Source of the DNA: Actinomycetota bacterium
GTDB taxonomy: Bacteria > Actinomycetota > Actinomycetes > Actinomycetales > Actinomycetaceae
Length of the DNA stretch: 63,537 nt
NCBI GenBank assembly: GCA_009930425.1
Contig: RZYE01000001.1
Span: forward strand, 1 to 63,537
Direction of reading: 5' to 3'
This document shows positions 45,247 to 56,059 of the stretch, piece by piece. Below the pieces are notes generated by a model that saw only the letters and a program-made list of their open reading frames with translations, did not search any database and was not told the DNA's origin. Made by a program: the position numbers and the translations under genes. Numbering within the stretch: position 1 is the stretch's first letter; each line of letters begins with the position of its first letter.

Positions 45247-47510
45247 CAGCCGTCCTCACAGATGGAGACCCCGAGTTCCGTCAGGATTCGTGCGGGGATT
45301 GGTACTCCGATGTCCTCGGGGTAACAGGCCAGCTGTCGTTCAGTGACCGCGGCCACCAGAGCGCCAAGATTCTCTGAGCAACCTTGACAGAAGGGGACCT
45401 CCCACGTTGCGGTTGTCGTCGTTATCGTCGCCCTTCCACCCGTCAGCGCGATGTTGACCACCGGAGACTGATCTGGCGCCGTCCACCGTGCCGTGCTTCG
45501 CAGACTCCCGTCATCGTGCACGTCGGCGACAACTACGTCGCCCGCCGTGGTCCCTACCGCCACCGCGTCACTCGTCGCCGTCACCGCCACGGCGCTGAGG
45601 TGACCGACGAGACGCAACGCCGTCGGCGTCGACGCAGTGAGTCCCCCGGTGCGCGTATCCGCACCTGATAGGTCCCAAAGGTGCGCCGCCCCGTTCTGTG
45701 TGACTTCGAGTTGCCCCGCCATCGTGATCCGGGCTGCGAGCGGACCACCGACGATCTGGTTCTGTTGCTGGCCAGCGCCATCGGGTCCAGCCACGGGCCT
45801 GATCTCGTCCAGATTCCACAGCGCAAAGTCACTCACGTAGCCACAGACCAGCCAGCGCCCGTCGGGTGAGAGCGTCAGATCCTGCGCCGTGTCCTCCCGG
45901 CACGTCTCCGCCAGGGGAATCCCGCGGATAAGGTCGAACACCCGGGTGTGGTAGCCAACGGGAGTGTAGAGCAACTCGTTGCGGGAGGTGATAGTCATGC
46001 TGGCGAGCAGGTCCGGCACCCGAACGCCGGTCGGCGCGATTTCCGCGCCGTCAGCTGCCGCCCAGAGTTGCCCGTCCGCTCCGTGCACGACAACCCAGCC
46101 GTCTCCTCCCATCGCCGCCGTTGACAGGGGTCCGCTCACATCGGGGAAAGTCCTCAGCGGCACATCTCCCACCATGCTGGACAGCTCGAGCACTCCGTCG
46201 TCACTCCGGCGCAGCATGCGCACGTCACCCTCGACGAAGGCTGTGGCCAGGACCCCGTCATGCTTCTCCCCACCGCTGATCACGTCTTCGCCGAGGTCGA
46301 AGATGCGTACGCCGTCGGCAACCCGGACGACCAGGTGTGTGCCATTCCCGCTGACGTCGACGCCGTGCACTGGGTCGGTAAGACTCAGTTCGGAGCGTTC
46401 ACCGGCACGGACAACCACCACCCGATGTTCGTCGGCAACCACCACCACCTCAGCGCCGTCGGAAGTTGAGAGGTAGTAGCCAGGGGAGTCGAGGATCCTC
46501 TCGTACCTGCTGGTCCTCGTCCGATCAGCGTCGGAGCCCCATAGCACCCCGCCGCCATCGATCCACCTGACGAAACCGTCATCGTCCACCGCGGTGTCGT
46601 TGATTGGCATACCGTCGGGGCTCACCTGGAAGCGGGCGTGCGCCCAAGGGTCCGACAGCATCCCGATCAACTTGTCAACGGTCGATTCGGGGGGAGTATC
46701 GCCGTGTCCCGTCATCACCACGATCAGCGCTGCGAGCTTCACCGCGTTGACAGCGGGTAACCCATCCGCGATGGGCGTGGAGGCGACCAGTTCGAGCTTG
46801 CTGCGGTCCTGTGCATAGCCGATCCAGTCCAGGACAGAGACCGCACCGATAGCAATCCCTATCGCGAAGAAGGCCCGGAAGATCCCGCGGCTGATAGCCC
46901 GTCTAGTCTGTGTCCGTGTTGCTATCCGTGAGGCCGCCATGTACTCGCCGAGGAGCGGGAAAGAGGTGTCTCCCCTGAGATGCCGAAGAGCGTCGACCGA
47001 GTCATGCAACTGGCGCCGGTTACTGATCAGGTCGGCAGCTTGGCGGCCCGCGAGATCCCACCCTTCGGCCCTGGCCACGAGCGCCTGCGCAACCCGGTAG
47101 CTGTGCAGGTCGGTGGAGCAAGCCTCAACCACCAGCTCCAACGCGCTGCGGGGGTCGTCGGCACTCCAGTGAATCCAGTTGAGCGACGCCAGGTCTGCTG
47201 GCACAGCATGGTCGTCCACCTGTGCGGCCAGGACTGGGACAAGGCGCGCGTCCGGGATCTCGGACATCGAGGGCAGCGAGAGTCCCGCGGCCAGAATTGC
47301 GGGCGAAAGCACGACCACCACAGCAGCATCCGAACGCGTCCACTCGCCGTATCTCACGAACACGCCCGCCCGCTGCAGGCCGGCACAGATCGCCAGTCCG
47401 ACGGCTTCGTCGTCGGGATGCGCGATTACACTCACCAAGATCGGGATATCGCCGGTCAGCGACCCCCCGCCCTCAGCCCGCGCACGCGTCCGCTGGGTCA
47501 TGAGGATCAC
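45246..47510 (-). CDS. Degenerate TIR-position N-domain - TM - beta-propeller membrane protein
   Basis: GTG 47510 (or ATG 47501) directly abuts the upstream stop. The N-domain PILVSVIAHPDDEAVGLAICAGLQRAGVFVRYGEW...AVVVVLSP has a flavodoxin/TIR-like strand pattern without the Glu motif. The TM region is RRAISRGIFRAFFAIGIAIGAVSVL. It has C-terminal strand repeats. Confidence 0.75.
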   Translation of the reverse strand: MILMTQRTRARAEGGGSLTGDIPILVSVIAHPDDEAVGLAICAGLQRAGVFVRYGEWTRSDAAVVVVLSPAILAAGLSLPSMSEIPDARLVPVLAAQVDDHAVPADLASLNWIHWSADDPRSALELVVEACSTDLHSYRVAQALVARAEGWDLAGRQAADLISNRRQLHDSVDALRHLRGDTSFPLLGEYMAASRIATRTQTRRAISRGIFRAFFAIGIAIGAVSVLDWIGYAQDRSKLELVASTPIADGLPAVNAVKLAALIVVMTGHGDTPPESTVDKLIGMLSDPWAHARFQVSPDGMPINDTAVDDDGFVRWIDGGGVLWGSDADRTRTSRYERILDSPGYYLSTSDGAEVVVVADEHRVVVVRAGERSELSLTDPVHGVDVSGNGTHLVVRVADGVRIFDLGEDVISGGEKHDGVLATAFVEGDVRMLRRSDDGVLELSSMVGDVPLRTFPDVSGPLSTAAMGGDGWVVVHGADGQLWAAADGAEIAPTGVRVPDLLASMTITSRNELLYTPVGYHTRVFDLIRGIPLAETCREDTAQDLTLSPDGRWLVCGYVSDFALWNLDEIRPVAGPDGAGQQQNQIVGGPLAARITMAGQLEVTQNGAAHLWDLSGADTRTGGLTASTPTALRLVGHLSAVAVTATSDAVAVGTTAGDVVVADVHDDGSLRSTARWTAPDQSPVVNIALTGGRATITTTTATWEVPFCQGCSENLGALVAAVTERQLACYPEDIGVPIPARILTELGVSICEDG

Positions 47511-50174
47511 TCACCGATCCCTGCGTGACTCGACGGGCCGCTCGTGCGGAGTCATCGACACACGCACTGCCACGTCGGTGACCCTCTCGGTCACTGCTAT
47601 CCCATCGCGCCGGGAGGCGCTCACGAACACGTGGTGCTGGGTGGCGACGACGGGCCCCGGATGCATCCCGGCGTCCTCCCCGGCGGCATAGGACTCCCCC
47701 GCCGTGACGATCTCCTCCATGAACGCGTGCGCTGTGAGCGTGTCGCACTCCGCGGGATCGCTGATTCGTGGCACGCGGACGTCACGGCCGGCCAGAGTCA
47801 TTCTCGTGTCCCTGACGAGCTGCGCCAGGTGGCGGCGCCGGGACCGCTCCTGCGGCTCGCCACCCTCGAGCTCCCTGACCAACCTGTCGAGGGGACCGGA
47901 TACGAACCCCAGGTCGCCCACCAACGAGTCCATGTCCTTCACGCTGGTGGCCATCTCCACGAGCGACTGGAGTTCCTCACGCCTCCAGCCCGCGGAGGCA
48001 CCGTGCTCCGCCATCGCGCGCATCAGGTCCCGCTCCTCGATCACCGGCTCGGCGAAGCGGAGGGCTGCGGGCAGGACCGGCAGGCCCAACCCCTCCGCAG
48101 GTTGTTCCCCTGTCCGCGCCTCCAGCACAGACCCCAGCACCCGGCACCACCGTGCGAGGATCGCGTCCACGTTGGTCAGCCGGTTGTAGGCCGTCCACGC
48201 CTCCCGCGCGTTCACCTCGAGCCCGCGCCGGGCCTCCAACAGCCGGCGTCCACGTTCCAGGAACGCCGTGTAGGCCCCGTACAGCCTCATGGCTGCCACC
48301 AGCGCTCCGACCACCAGCACGAGCGCTGCGACCACGAAGCCGAACCACACCGGGATGACCCAGCCCACGGTGTTCGCGAAGAAGTCCTGGACGTGCTCCC
48401 GGGCCCAAGTCCAGAGCGCCAGCAACCCGAGGGCCAGTCCAGCTGCAAGTCCCACCCGACGCCGGAACCGACCCTCGTCGTCACGCAGCGCCTCCGACGG
48501 CGAGTCGGCGCTCCATCCTGTGACGGCGAGTCCGGCACCCACCGGCGCCGTCGCCATCCTCGTCCAGCGCTCCGCGTCGAGGAGTGCGGAGAGCCTGTCC
48601 CCGAGGACGCGCTCCCGGATGCGGTCCAGCAACGACGGCGTCGCCAGCGGTCGTTCCTCGGCTGCCGCGGGATCCTCCGCGAGCTGTGCTGCCGCCGCCG
48701 GCGGATCCATGGCCAGTCCACCGGACTGCTGCTCTCGTGACTCCCTGTCGGTGCGGGCCAGATCCGCACACAACCGCACCGCGGTGCGGGACACCTTGTC
48801 CGGATCGATCGCGAGCGGTGGATCGGCCTCGGCGAGCGCTCGTTGGGCGCGCCGCAGGGCCCGCCTTGCGACGCCGTCGCCCACCAGTGCGGCACTGTGC
48901 CGTCCGTCCGGGGGCAGGGGCGTCGATCCCCGACCCTGTTGTGCGGGCGTCACGCAATCGGGTGGGACGACGACGACCTGTCCACGCTCCCGCGTCGTCG
49001 GGCAACCCAGCGGGAGGCTGCCGCCGTCGACGACGCCGCACGCCGCCTCCGCCAGCGCCTCCCACATACGCTCCGGCGGGACGGTGTCGGTGCCGGCCTC
49101 GTCCTCGGCCTCGTCCAGCGAGGCGCGGATCCGGGCGCGCAACGCGGCGTCCTGCGACGCCCAGTCCGGCAGGTCCGATTCCTCGATCCGGACCTCGCGC
49201 TCGATGCGATACCCCTGATCCTCGGAGTCGAGGGGATGGTTGGCGGTCGCCCAGTGCCGAGCATCCGCAGGTGTGAAGCGGAACAGGCTCTGGACGGCCC
49301 AGGCGGAGAAGGTCGCCACGTTGCGGAGGTGCTGCGTGAGCCGGATCTTCTCCGGGGGCGCGAGCTGATGCGACGGCGGCCGGCGGTAGGCGGCCACGCC
49401 ATCGGCCTCCCCGGTCCACCAGTCGGCCACGGAACTCAGCAGGTCCTCCGCGTCCTCCGACCTCCCGCCCACGAACCGCGGATCCTCGATCTCCGCAGCC
49501 GACCACGTCGGCAGGACCCGGTCGCGGAAGTCCGCCGCCGCCTGGGCCAACCTGTCGCCGCCTCCCACGAGCCGGCTGAACGCGTGCATGTTCCAGACCG
49601 GCTGCTGGTCGGCCTGTTCGAGCCCGTCGACCTGGGCGGCGGTGCCGCCGAGGATCCCCGCGAGCGCTGCTGCCGCATGCATCGCGACGGCGATGCGCGG
49701 CTCCCCCGCGGGGAAGCCCGCATCGGCGAGGGCGGGTGCGGGACGGTCCTCCGGGGTGACGCGGAACTGCTGCCATTCAGGGGGTGCCTCGGGAACGTCC
49801 TGGTCCGCAGCGTCGGTCGGTACGACGAGGTCGACGAACCGGGCGTCACACCCCGCCTTGGGAACGCGCCTCCGGATCCATTCCTTGAGCTCATCCATCG
49901 CACCGGAGTCCGCCCCGTGGGGGGAGTCCCGCACCCACACGACGCGCACGTCGGTGAGGTCGCGCGTGTCGGCGAGTTCGGCGGCGAGCGAGCGTTCCGC
50001 CGGTTCGCGTCCCGGCCCGAGCAGGAGGGCAGGCACGCGAGTCGGATTGGCGATGTCAAGCCCAAGTGAATCGGCGTCGAGCCAGAGCGCGTCACCGATC
50101 AGCCCGGCCGCCGCCCATCCCATTGCGGCCGAGGTGATCTCGGACCGGCCCACCAGGATGACGCGATGCGCCAC
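47511..50174 (-). CDS. Hypothetical 887-aa protein with a central TM hairpin
   Basis: GTG start shares one nt with the upstream TAG. The TM hairpin is VGLAAGLALGLLALWTW ... VIPVWFGFVVAALVLVVGALVAAM. No family recognised. Confidence 0.7.
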   Translation of the reverse strand: MAHRVILVGRSEITSAAMGWAAAGLIGDALWLDADSLGLDIANPTRVPALLLGPGREPAERSLAAELADTRDLTDVRVVWVRDSPHGADSGAMDELKEWIRRRVPKAGCDARFVDLVVPTDAADQDVPEAPPEWQQFRVTPEDRPAPALADAGFPAGEPRIAVAMHAAAALAGILGGTAAQVDGLEQADQQPVWNMHAFSRLVGGGDRLAQAAADFRDRVLPTWSAAEIEDPRFVGGRSEDAEDLLSSVADWWTGEADGVAAYRRPPSHQLAPPEKIRLTQHLRNVATFSAWAVQSLFRFTPADARHWATANHPLDSEDQGYRIEREVRIEESDLPDWASQDAALRARIRASLDEAEDEAGTDTVPPERMWEALAEAACGVVDGGSLPLGCPTTRERGQVVVVPPDCVTPAQQGRGSTPLPPDGRHSAALVGDGVARRALRRAQRALAEADPPLAIDPDKVSRTAVRLCADLARTDRESREQQSGGLAMDPPAAAAQLAEDPAAAEERPLATPSLLDRIRERVLGDRLSALLDAERWTRMATAPVGAGLAVTGWSADSPSEALRDDEGRFRRRVGLAAGLALGLLALWTWAREHVQDFFANTVGWVIPVWFGFVVAALVLVVGALVAAMRLYGAYTAFLERGRRLLEARRGLEVNAREAWTAYNRLTNVDAILARWCRVLGSVLEARTGEQPAEGLGLPVLPAALRFAEPVIEERDLMRAMAEHGASAGWRREELQSLVEMATSVKDMDSLVGDLGFVSGPLDRLVRELEGGEPQERSRRRHLAQLVRDTRMTLAGRDVRVPRISDPAECDTLTAHAFMEEIVTAGESYAAGEDAGMHPGPVVATQHHVFVSASRRDGIAVTERVTDVAVRVSMTPHERPVESRRDR

Positions 50175-53100
50175 TACCTGACCCCGTTTCGCTGCCGCTG
50201 CCGAGCCGCCGCGCGAATGCCGTCCAGCGCTCCAAGGATGTCCTTCGTGAGCTCGAGCGACGGGTTCTTCTGCGCCTCCCGGACCTGGTCGAGGTGCTCC
50301 GGGAGGACGTCCTCCCGGAAGGTCTGCTCGAGGTCGTCGCAGGCCTCCAGCAGCGCAGCAAGGCGCTCCTTGTCCGACGGCAGCAGCGTGAGGATGGCTT
50401 CGTCCTCGTCCCCGAATCCACTCCCCTCCCAGACCCAGCGGGTGACGGCGTTCTTCTTCCCGTCCAGGCCGGCGCCCAGCCGGATCACCTCGCCGAACGG
50501 CTCCAGCGGAGCGAGATCGGTGTTCTGGTAGGCGTCGAGCATCGCGACCGGGAGCGCCTCGAGGAGGTTGCCGACCGCGGCGGCACTGGAGACCGGCCGG
50601 ATGGCGCCGGCACCGATGCTGCCCCAGCTGCCGTCGCTGAGCAGCTGGAGGGCCGGCTCACCACCGTTCTCCACCACCCTGGTCAGGCCGAGGAGGCGCC
50701 CGACGAACCATCCGGCCACGAGTGCACGCCGGGCATTGGGACCGAGCGGAACCCAGTCGGTCAGCGGACGGGTCCGCCGCCACTCCCAGAAGCCGGCGTT
50801 CTGCGTCTGCGCACCCCACTGGCTCACCATCGGCCGCATCACGCTGTCGATCTCGAGCATGTGGTGCGCCGAGTCGAGCAACGTCATCACCTGGACGTGC
50901 TGGCTGGGTTCGGTGGCGTGCTGGATGGTGCTGCCCGGTCCGACGATCTGGGCCGCGACGCCGTTGAGCTGCTGTTCGAGCTGGTTGTCCCCCGCGGGGA
51001 TGTTGAGGGGTGCCATCTTGAACTCGTAGGCGGGGGACGGAAGGCCGTGGACCTTCTGGATCATGGTGGGGTTGAGTGCGACCAGCGGGCTGGAGGCCCG
51101 CAGGGTGGCGGCGAACTGCGCGACGAGCCGACTGCTGCGGTCCTTGCGGACACTCGCCAGGACCGTATCGTCCAACAGGTAGTCGGCGAGGGACTGGCGG
51201 AGGTAACGGCCGATGTACTTCTCGGAGTCGGAGGCCCAGGCCCTGACGCGGTCGTGCAGGTGCGTCATCTTGACCCTGATCAGCAGCTTCGCCCGTGCCG
51301 GCTGCTGCTCCGGCGGACGCGCTTCGGATGCCTTCGGCGACCAGCGCGAGAGGTAGGTGATGACGGGATCCGGGGCGTTGACGGTCACCTCGTCCGGGCC
51401 CATGATGATCTCCGAGACGGCCCGGGAGATGGCGTTGTGGGCCCCTCCAGCGTTCTCCACGGAACGTACGACCACGTCCTCGAAGTCCTGGGGGAAGTGC
51501 TCGATGTCGTCCAGCAGGAACTCGACCGGGCTCGGACGCAGGTACTGCGGCACGCCCTCGTCGCGCGGCCAGATGTCGAGGACGGAGGTCTTGCCCTTCG
51601 GCCGGGCCTCGTCCCGGAGCAACGACTCGGCGTTGCGGAGCTCGTGCAGCCAGGGGACGAGGAGGTTCTTGTGGAGGTCCTCGATCAGCCTCGAGGCGAT
51701 CTCGAAGTTGTCGACGATGAGCGTCCGCCGGATCGTGACCCGCGCGCGCTTGATGATCTCCGAGATCTTGTCGACATCGCCCTCCCGGAGGGTGCGCGGG
51801 AGGGCGGGATCGGGGTTGGGAAGGGTGGCCAGGTTCCGCTCGGCCTCGACGCGCCGCCGCGTCCACTCGGACGCCACGTCGGCGATCGAGCGCTTCACCT
51901 CGTCCACGAGGCGCTCCATGAGGACGATCGTCACCGGGAGCCCGTACTCGGCCATGGTCGCGCGCACCAGCAGCGCCAGCCGGTCCTGGATCTCCGACTG
52001 CCACACCCTGGCCCGCTGCGCTGCGAGGTCTGCCGACCTGCCACGCAGTGCGGTGTGCGCGAGTTGGTCCCGCGTGGACTGCGCCACCGTGAGGCACACC
52101 TCCCCCACGGGGATCCTGCGCCGCGCCTGGTTGCGGATCGAGGCGAGGAGTTCCTCCTGCCACGCCAGGATCTCGGGGCGCAGTTCGTCCCCGGCGTCGA
52201 GCATGGACGTGATGTCGTTGGCGTCCTCCCCGACCTCGTCGAGCCCCGAGGCGTCGAGGAACGTTCCCCACACCTCATCGGCCGACTCGCGCAGCAGGTC
52301 CTCGTCGGAGGACGGGTCTCCGGGTTGGCGCCGTTCGAGGTGACGGTCGAGCAACCGCAGGATCACGAGGCGCTCCAGGCGATGCGTCGCGTAGGTGCGG
52401 AAGATGTCCCGGCCGATCGTGAGGCGCGCGAACCCGAGCGCGCGGAACTGCGCGAGGTCGCGGAAGCCGTCGACGCTGAGCGGAAGGCTGTCCGGCATGC
52501 CTGCCACGTTCTGGCGGGCGTTCCCCTTCATGTAGGCCGTGAGATCGGACTCCAGCGCCTCGTTGGTCGCGACCTCGGCGAGCGCCTGCCCCATCACCTT
52601 GTAAATCTCGTCGGTGTTGCCGAGCGTGATGGATGCGTTCCGCCGCCCCACGAGGAACACGGTCTCCGGACCGGCGTAGTCGACAGCGGGGACAACGCCG
52701 GCGCGCCGGAAGAGCACGTCGCGGGCGTCGGGAGCGTCCTTCGGGCTGCTGATCCACATCGAGTTCGCCAACTCGTTGAGGGCCATGAACGTGTTGGGGG
52801 CGATGCCGGGCTGCAACGCCCCGTTCGCACCCTCGAACACCTCGGGCGTGAAGAGCAACGCCGTCATGTCCGTGATCCCATGCGATCGGAGGATGTCGCA
52901 GACGTCGAGGATCCCACCAGATCCCGAGCCACCGGCGACCGACGAGATCACGTACACCTCGGGTCGCGAGGCCGTCAGCGAGGGGTTCTTGGCCCCGAGG
53001 CGCTCCTGCACGGCGAAGAGCTGCCCGGCCACCTCGGGAGCGCTCGCCGCTGCGACCGCCTGCGCGATGCGGTCGCTGACGGCACGCAGGCTCGCGAGCA

Positions 53101-53491
53101 TCATCACGCGGCCGACCGCCCGGTACTGGCCGGCGCCGTTCCGCACGTTGATCTTCACCTCGTGCGGGAGGTAGGGCCGCCACGAATCCCAGGCGAGGTA
53201 GTGGTCGAGGGAGCCGGCCCCGGTCCGGCCCACGGCGCCGTCGGCGTTCACGTACGTCGAGGACGCGTTGCTCAACGGGAAGTAGTCCGAGTCGGGGAGC
53301 GTGTACGGCAGGTTGCTGTCGATGCCATCGGCCTTGGCCGGCACGTCGATGTGGAGGAACTGCCAACCGGCCGGGAACGGACCCGTCCAGCCTGCTGCGT
53401 CGAGCATCTCGAGGAGCTGGTGCCGGATGACGCGCAGCGTCTTGCCGCCCGAACCTCCCAAGCCGATGAAGACGAAGGGCCTGAATGACAT
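50174..53491 (-). CDS. Tubulin/FtsZ-like GTPase-domain protein (Tubulin_2-like), 1105 aa
   Basis: GAGAGGAA SD. The N-terminal FVFIGLGGSGGKTL is T1-like. VYVISSVAGGSGSGGILDV at about 52913-52936 resembles the tubulin signature GGGTGS/TG. A long helical C-terminal extension follows. Confidence 0.7.
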   Translation of the reverse strand: MSFRPFVFIGLGGSGGKTLRVIRHQLLEMLDAAGWTGPFPAGWQFLHIDVPAKADGIDSNLPYTLPDSDYFPLSNASSTYVNADGAVGRTGAGSLDHYLAWDSWRPYLPHEVKINVRNGAGQYRAVGRVMMLASLRAVSDRIAQAVAAASAPEVAGQLFAVQERLGAKNPSLTASRPEVYVISSVAGGSGSGGILDVCDILRSHGITDMTALLFTPEVFEGANGALQPGIAPNTFMALNELANSMWISSPKDAPDARDVLFRRAGVVPAVDYAGPETVFLVGRRNASITLGNTDEIYKVMGQALAEVATNEALESDLTAYMKGNARQNVAGMPDSLPLSVDGFRDLAQFRALGFARLTIGRDIFRTYATHRLERLVILRLLDRHLERRQPGDPSSDEDLLRESADEVWGTFLDASGLDEVGEDANDITSMLDAGDELRPEILAWQEELLASIRNQARRRIPVGEVCLTVAQSTRDQLAHTALRGRSADLAAQRARVWQSEIQDRLALLVRATMAEYGLPVTIVLMERLVDEVKRSIADVASEWTRRRVEAERNLATLPNPDPALPRTLREGDVDKISEIIKRARVTIRRTLIVDNFEIASRLIEDLHKNLLVPWLHELRNAESLLRDEARPKGKTSVLDIWPRDEGVPQYLRPSPVEFLLDDIEHFPQDFEDVVVRSVENAGGAHNAISRAVSEIIMGPDEVTVNAPDPVITYLSRWSPKASEARPPEQQPARAKLLIRVKMTHLHDRVRAWASDSEKYIGRYLRQSLADYLLDDTVLASVRKDRSSRLVAQFAATLRASSPLVALNPTMIQKVHGLPSPAYEFKMAPLNIPAGDNQLEQQLNGVAAQIVGPGSTIQHATEPSQHVQVMTLLDSAHHMLEIDSVMRPMVSQWGAQTQNAGFWEWRRTRPLTDWVPLGPNARRALVAGWFVGRLLGLTRVVENGGEPALQLLSDGSWGSIGAGAIRPVSSAAAVGNLLEALPVAMLDAYQNTDLAPLEPFGEVIRLGAGLDGKKNAVTRWVWEGSGFGDEDEAILTLLPSDKERLAALLEACDDLEQTFREDVLPEHLDQVREAQKNPSLELTKDILGALDGIRAAARQRQRNGVR

Positions 53492-53503
53492 GCGTGGTTC
53501 CTC

Positions 53504-56059
53504 TCAGAGGTTGAAATCGTCGTCGTAGGACCTGGATTGCGTGGGGGAATCCCAGTCGTCAACGGGGGATGCATCGTCACTGGAGCCCCCGCTTGCGGCC
53601 GTGGACTCGTTGCGCTCGCGGGACTCGTCGACGATCGCGCCCCACGGGAAGGCTCCGCGGACGAAGCGCTCATAGCCGGGATCCGCGATCGCGGTCGAGA
53701 GGAGCACGAGAGTCGCGTGTGGCCTCCTCGGCTGCGACTGCGTGACCGGGACGATCAGCAGCGCGAGAAGCCCGAGGCCCGGCGTGGCCCGTGCCGTGGC
53801 ACCCGATTCACCGGTCCCTGAGTCACTCGTACCCGCCGAGGAGTAGATGAACGTTCCAGCCGGCGCAACGGCCAGGAAACGCGGCACCCCGAACACGCCC
53901 CTGGGAGCACGCGCCACCAGCCTGGCCCCATCGGAATTCGGCACGGTGAATTCCCTGGCGAGCCTGCGGCCCCAGAAGCCCGGCAGGCGGGAGGTCCGGA
54001 ACCCCGCCAGGCTGGCGGTCCGGAAGTCGGCGGCGTTGACGAGGGCATCGGGGCGGTTCGGGATCGGGCTGACGCGCCGTGGCCCCGTCTCGTCGATCTC
54101 CACCGGGAAGGCCATGGTCCGCAGTCCGTGGACGTCGAATCGGGAGGTGAGCCGGTTGGCCAGCCAGATCGCGAGGAGGGGCAGGGCGGAGAGCAGGACC
54201 GAGCCGACGATCAGAGCCCAGAGCAGGATGATGTGAGGTGGGCTGGAGAACCGCCACACCACGGGCAGCTCGTAGGACGCCTCCGCAGGCGGCGCGCCGT
54301 CGACCGACGCACTCACCAACCGGATCGGGATGCTGGCAGAGCCGTTGCCCTCCGTCGGTTCCGGTGCGGTGACCGACACCTCGATGGTGCGGCTCTCCGC
54401 CACGTCGAGGTCGATGCAGCCGGTGGGATAGTCGAGCCCGGTTCCGGCGATCTCGTCCGGCACCTGGACGTCCTGCGCGGGCTCGAGGCAGACCTGGGTC
54501 GGGCCGTCCGGGGAGCCCATGAGTTCGAGCGTCCCGATCGCCGGGGCGGTGCGGACGGCGAGTCCGAGGTCGAGGTGGTCGGCGGGCCGCACCACGGGGA
54601 AGGCGCTGCTCAGCGCCACGGCTGCGCCCTGCTTCAGGACGAGCGGCGTCAGTGCCAGGCCGGAGGCCGTCTCCAGCCGGACCGTCAGCTCGTAGTCGAG
54701 GCGCGCGTCAGTCGGCTCGGGGGTGACGGTCACGGTGGTGCGGCCGGCGGGGAGGTCCAGCTCCGCCGTCGAGAGCCGAGGCGTGCCGTCCGGGCCGACT
54801 GCGGTGGCGCCGGCGGTCACGGAGCCGTAGACGCTCAGGTCAGCGGGGGCGCCCGCGGGATCGACGGCGAGCACCGGGATCCCGCCGGCCATACCCGCCC
54901 GCAGGGTGGGGGCAGCGGAGTCGGCAACCAGGTGCAGGTCGGAGAAGACGCAGTACTCGATGTCCTCGGGTGGCACGGCGACGTCCGGGGTCACGCGCCA
55001 CGTTCCCGCGCCCTCCCCCGGAGGGAAGGCCACGACCATCGAGACGTAGAAGTCGTCGCTGACGGACGTGGTCGAGTACCCGTCCTGGGAGTAGTTGCCG
55101 GAGGCGGGCGCCTGGATCGCGACTCCCGACGGCGTGTCCAGGCGGACGGCGTCGACCTTGCGTGGCGTCATGATCGTGATCCGGACCCGCCGGATGCCGG
55201 GATCGATCGTGGCTCCCAGGCTGCCGGTGGGCGTGCAGCCCTCCACGAGGTTGCTGACCTGGCCGAGGAGGCGCTTCAACCCGGCGGCGTCGTCCGCGCG
55301 GAGGTAGATTCCGGGCGCCCATCCCTCGGGGATCGGAGAGGTGCCGCAGGTGCGGCCCCCCTCCTCGCCGAGGACCATCCACGGCAGCGTGGTCGGCACG
55401 GGCAGGCCCGTCTGCGTCAGCTGGAGGCCGACGACGACTATCCCCTCCTCGCGGAAGCGGTCGACGATCCCGCCGGGAGCGCACATGCGGGCACTCGCCA
55501 CGTCGACCCCGGCCGCGTTGTTCTGGAACTCGCCGTCCGTGAACCACAGGACGATGCGGCAGCTGCCGGGGCCACCCCTGTCCGTGATGTCGTTGAACCC
55601 GCCCTCCAGTGCAACCTCGAAGTCCGTGCCGGCGTTCCTCTCCTGTCGAGTCGCCTTCCGCACCGTGTCGATGACCTCCGCGATCTCCTCGCCGGTGTCG
55701 CCGTCGTTGATCCGGGTCCAGTCGAGGACGTCATCGACCCCGCGGTACCCGTGGTCGAAGGCGCTGACTGCCACCTCGACCGCGAGCTCAGAGCCGTCCG
55801 GCCTGCGAAGCTTCGCGAGCTCGGTGATGGCGGTCTGCAGGCCCTCGTATCGGACGTTGTCCGGGTCCGTGACAGCGAGGCTGCCGGAACGATCGAGGAT
55901 GAAGAGGGCGCTCAGCGAGCGCGCCGACTGCATGCAGGCGGCGAGGTACTGCGAACCTGAGACGGTGTTGTTGGGAGGGTCAGCCGTGGCAGCCCCGGGA
56001 AGGAGCATTGAGAGTGCCGCCGCCATGGCGGCGAGCAGGATGGCGAGTAGGCGCCTCAT
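53504..56059 (-). CDS. Secreted vWA-domain protein with a C-terminal TM anchor and cytoplasmic tail
   Basis: I place the start at MRRLLAILLAAMAAALSMLLPGAATA (signal peptide). This ATG overlaps the stop of the upstream small gene. The MIDAS motif is LFILDRSGSLAV (about 55877-55891) plus VLWFTDGEF. A beta-rich middle region is followed by the TM helix HIILLWALIVGSVLLSALPLLAIWL. Confidence 0.8.
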   Translation of the reverse strand: MRRLLAILLAAMAAALSMLLPGAATADPPNNTVSGSQYLAACMQSARSLSALFILDRSGSLAVTDPDNVRYEGLQTAITELAKLRRPDGSELAVEVAVSAFDHGYRGVDDVLDWTRINDGDTGEEIAEVIDTVRKATRQERNAGTDFEVALEGGFNDITDRGGPGSCRIVLWFTDGEFQNNAAGVDVASARMCAPGGIVDRFREEGIVVVGLQLTQTGLPVPTTLPWMVLGEEGGRTCGTSPIPEGWAPGIYLRADDAAGLKRLLGQVSNLVEGCTPTGSLGATIDPGIRRVRITIMTPRKVDAVRLDTPSGVAIQAPASGNYSQDGYSTTSVSDDFYVSMVVAFPPGEGAGTWRVTPDVAVPPEDIEYCVFSDLHLVADSAAPTLRAGMAGGIPVLAVDPAGAPADLSVYGSVTAGATAVGPDGTPRLSTAELDLPAGRTTVTVTPEPTDARLDYELTVRLETASGLALTPLVLKQGAAVALSSAFPVVRPADHLDLGLAVRTAPAIGTLELMGSPDGPTQVCLEPAQDVQVPDEIAGTGLDYPTGCIDLDVAESRTIEVSVTAPEPTEGNGSASIPIRLVSASVDGAPPAEASYELPVVWRFSSPPHIILLWALIVGSVLLSALPLLAIWLANRLTSRFDVHGLRTMAFPVEIDETGPRRVSPIPNRPDALVNAADFRTASLAGFRTSRLPGFWGRRLAREFTVPNSDGARLVARAPRGVFGVPRFLAVAPAGTFIYSSAGTSDSGTGESGATARATPGLGLLALLIVPVTQSQPRRPHATLVLLSTAIADPGYERFVRGAFPWGAIVDESRERNESTAASGGSSDDASPVDDWDSPTQSRSYDDDFNL